Shown: positions 39,249 to 41,320 of the stretch, piece after piece
Position numbering within the stretch: position 1 is the first letter of the stretch
Layout: each line of letters starts with the position of its first letter
Sequence record: DRR723986_8093
Strand: one strand, 5' to 3'
DNA length: 41,320 bases
Position numbers and translations under genes: made by a program
Notes under the pieces: model-generated
Databases searched by the model: none
What the model saw: the letters and a program-made list of their open reading frames with translations, nothing else
Told to the model about the DNA's origin: nothing

Positions 39249-40625
39249 ATGAAAATAATTATCCTAGGGGCAGGCCAGGTCGGCGGCACCCTGGCAGAAC
39301 ACCTCGCAGACGAGCAGAACGACATTACCGTGGTCGACAGCAACGGCGACAAGCTGCGCGCGCTGCAGGACCGGCTGGATATCGGCGCGGTAACCGGTGA
39401 GGCTTCCCACCCCAACACCCTCTATAAGGCCGGCGCTGACGACGCGGACATGCTGATCGCGGTAACCAACAGCGACGAAATCAACATGATGGCCTGCCAG
39501 GTGGCCCACACCCTGTTCAACACCCCGACCAAGATTTCCCGGGTGCGGTCACCAAATTACCTGGCCCACCAGGAACAGCTGTTCAACCCAAACAATATTC
39601 CGGTGGACGTGATCATCGGGCCGGAACAACTGGTCACCAACAATATCCGCCAGCTGATCGCCAACCCGGGTGCACTGCAGGTGCTCGATTTCGCGGAAGG
39701 CCGGGTGCAGCTGGTCGCGGTCAAGGCGATTAACGGTGGTCCTATCGTCGGCCAGGCACTGCAGGAAATCCGCAAACACATGCCCAAGGTCGATACCCGG
39801 GTTGCAGCGATCTTCCGTCGTAACCGGCCGATCATCCCCGAGGGCAGCACGGTAGTCGAAGAAAATGATGAAGTGTTTTTCATCGCCGCCAGCAAGCATA
39901 TCCGCGCGGTGATGGCGGAACTGCGCAAGGTGGACAAGCCCTATCGCCGAGTGATGATCGCCGGCGGCGGCAACATCGGCGCCACCCTTGCCCAGAGTCT
40001 GGACAGCGAATACCAGGTCAAGGTTATCGAGAAATCCTACGCCCGCTGCCGAACCCTGTCGGAGCGCCTCAAGCACAGCATCGTCCTGAACGGCAGCGCG
40101 GCAGAGCCGCAGCTGCTGGCCGAGGAAAACATCGAGACCACCGATGTATTCTGCGCCCTGACCAACAACGATGAATCCAACATCATGATGTCGATGCTGG
40201 CCAAGCGCATGGGCGCCAAGAAAGTCATCACCCTGATCACCAATGCCGCCTACGCTGACCTTGTGGGTGACGAGATCGATATCGCCATTTCACCGCAGCA
40301 GATCACCATCGGCAGCCTGCTAACCCATGTCCGCCGCGGCGACATCAGCAACGTACACTCCCTTCGCCGGGGCGCTGCCGAGGCGATCGAAGTCATCGCC
40401 CATGGCGATGCCTATTCCTCAAAGGTGGTGGGCCGTCGGCTTGACGAAATCTCCCTGCCGGACGGGGTCACCATTGGCGCCATCGTCCGCGGCGAGGAGG
40501 TCCTTATCGCCCACAGCCACATCGTGGTAGAGACTGACGATCACGTCATCCTGTTCCTGGTCGACAGGGGCAAGATTTCCGCGGTGGAGAAATTGTTCGC
40601 CGTGGGCTTCGGCTTCTTTTCCTAG
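39249..40625 (+). CDS. trkA: Trk potassium uptake NAD-binding protein
   Basis: [12 protein letters not shown] and second GGGNIG RCK domain; [11 protein letters not shown]. Confidence 0.98.
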   Translation: MKIIILGAGQVGGTLAEHLADEQNDITVVDSNGDKLRALQDRLDIGAVTGEASHPNTLYKAGADDADMLIAVTNSDEINMMACQVAHTLFNTPTKISRVRSPNYLAHQEQLFNPNNIPVDVIIGPEQLVTNNIRQLIANPGALQVLDFAEGRVQLVAVKAINGGPIVGQALQEIRKHMPKVDTRVAAIFRRNRPIIPEGSTVVEENDEVFFIAASKHIRAVMAELRKVDKPYRRVMIAGGGNIGATLAQSLDSEYQVKVIEKSYARCRTLSERLKHSIVLNGSAAEPQLLAEENIETTDVFCALTNNDESNIMMSMLAKRMGAKKVITLITNAAYADLVGDEIDIAISPQQITIGSLLTHVRRGDISNVHSLRRGAAEAIEVIAHGDAYSSKVVGRRLDEISLPDGVTIGAIVRGEEVLIAHSHIVVETDDHVILFLVDRGKISAVEKLFAVGFGFFS

Positions 40626-40633
40626 GGTCGCGC

Positions 40634-41320
40634 GTGCACCTCCTGGTTTCTTTCCGCATCCTGGGCGTTCTGCTGATGCTGTTCAGCAGCGCGATGATCG
40701 CGCCGCTGGTCATCGCGGTAATAGCTGGTGATGGCACGATCAATGGCTTCCTCACAGCGCTGGGCATCACATTCTGTTCAGGACTCATCCTGTGGCTGCC
40801 AACACGCGGAGCCCGGCAGGAGCTGCGGATTCGCGACGGCTTCCTGATAACGTCCCTGTTCTGGACCGTGCTTGGGATTTTCGGCTCCCTGCCCTTCGCG
40901 CTGAGCGACAGCCTCGACCTGACTGCTGGCGAGGCGGTATTCGAGTCGATCTCCGGCCTGACCACCACTGGCGCCACGGTGATTTCCGGGCTCGACCAGC
41001 TGCCGGCATCGATCCTGTTCTACCGCCAGCTCCTGCAGTGGCTTGGCGGCATCGGTATCATCGTGGTGGCAGTCGCCGTGCTCCCCATGCTGGGGATCGG
41101 TGGCATGCAGCTCTACAAAGCAGAAACGCCGGGCCCCTCCAAGGACAGCAAGCTGACCCCGCGTATCACTGAGACGGCGAAGGCCCTGTTCACCGTGTAC
41201 CTCGCCCTGACCTGCTGCTGCGCACTTGCCTATTACGCCGCGGGCATGACCGGCTTCGACGCCATCGGCCACGCATTCTCGACGGTGGCGATCGGCGGCT
41301 TTTCAACCCACGATGCCAGC
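40634..41320 (+). CDS. trkH: Trk potassium uptake membrane protein (3' truncated; absent from ORF track)
   Basis: GTG 40634 reads MHLLVSFRILGVLL...FESISGLTTTGATV...QWLGGIGIIV...KLTPRITETAK and stays open to window end. Confidence 0.95.
   Translation, partial: MHLLVSFRILGVLLMLFSSAMIAPLVIAVIAGDGTINGFLTALGITFCSGLILWLPTRGARQELRIRDGFLITSLFWTVLGIFGSLPFALSDSLDLTAGEAVFESISGLTTTGATVISGLDQLPASILFYRQLLQWLGGIGIIVVAVAVLPMLGIGGMQLYKAETPGPSKDSKLTPRITETAKALFTVYLALTCCCALAYYAAGMTGFDAIGHAFSTVAIGGFSTHDAS

Overview
GC-rich core chromosomal region of a gammaproteobacterium. Gene content and order resemble Pseudomonas and Cellvibrionales/Halieaceae (my inference, not a database result). It holds 41 protein genes: ilvD (partial), a lipoprotein-diguanylate cyclase pair, a serine-racemase-like module, leuA divergent from an Lrp regulator, esterase/SDR/MFS/cysteine synthase/FMN reductase, dsbA-cyt c4-cyt c5 | engB | polA, a caa3-type cytochrome c oxidase cluster, a MATE pump, yheV-aroE-hemF-tsaC-dprA-LysM(TsaP-like) | def-fmt-rsmB-trkA-trkH (partial). 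I see no mobile element, prophage, CRISPR array, tRNA or rRNA, and no new multi-gene system that I can support. The best leads are non-coding or defined by absence: (1) a sigmaE-promoter-driven sRNA at the Spot42/ErsA position between polA and engB; (2) a ~120-nt three-way-junction element upstream of leuA carrying a near-duplicate of the leuA RBS and no Leu leader peptide; (3) an unannotated 19-codon uORF coupled to tsaC; (4) a cox cluster lacking heme A synthase. All RNA structures were paired by eye and all protein calls rest on motif recognition.
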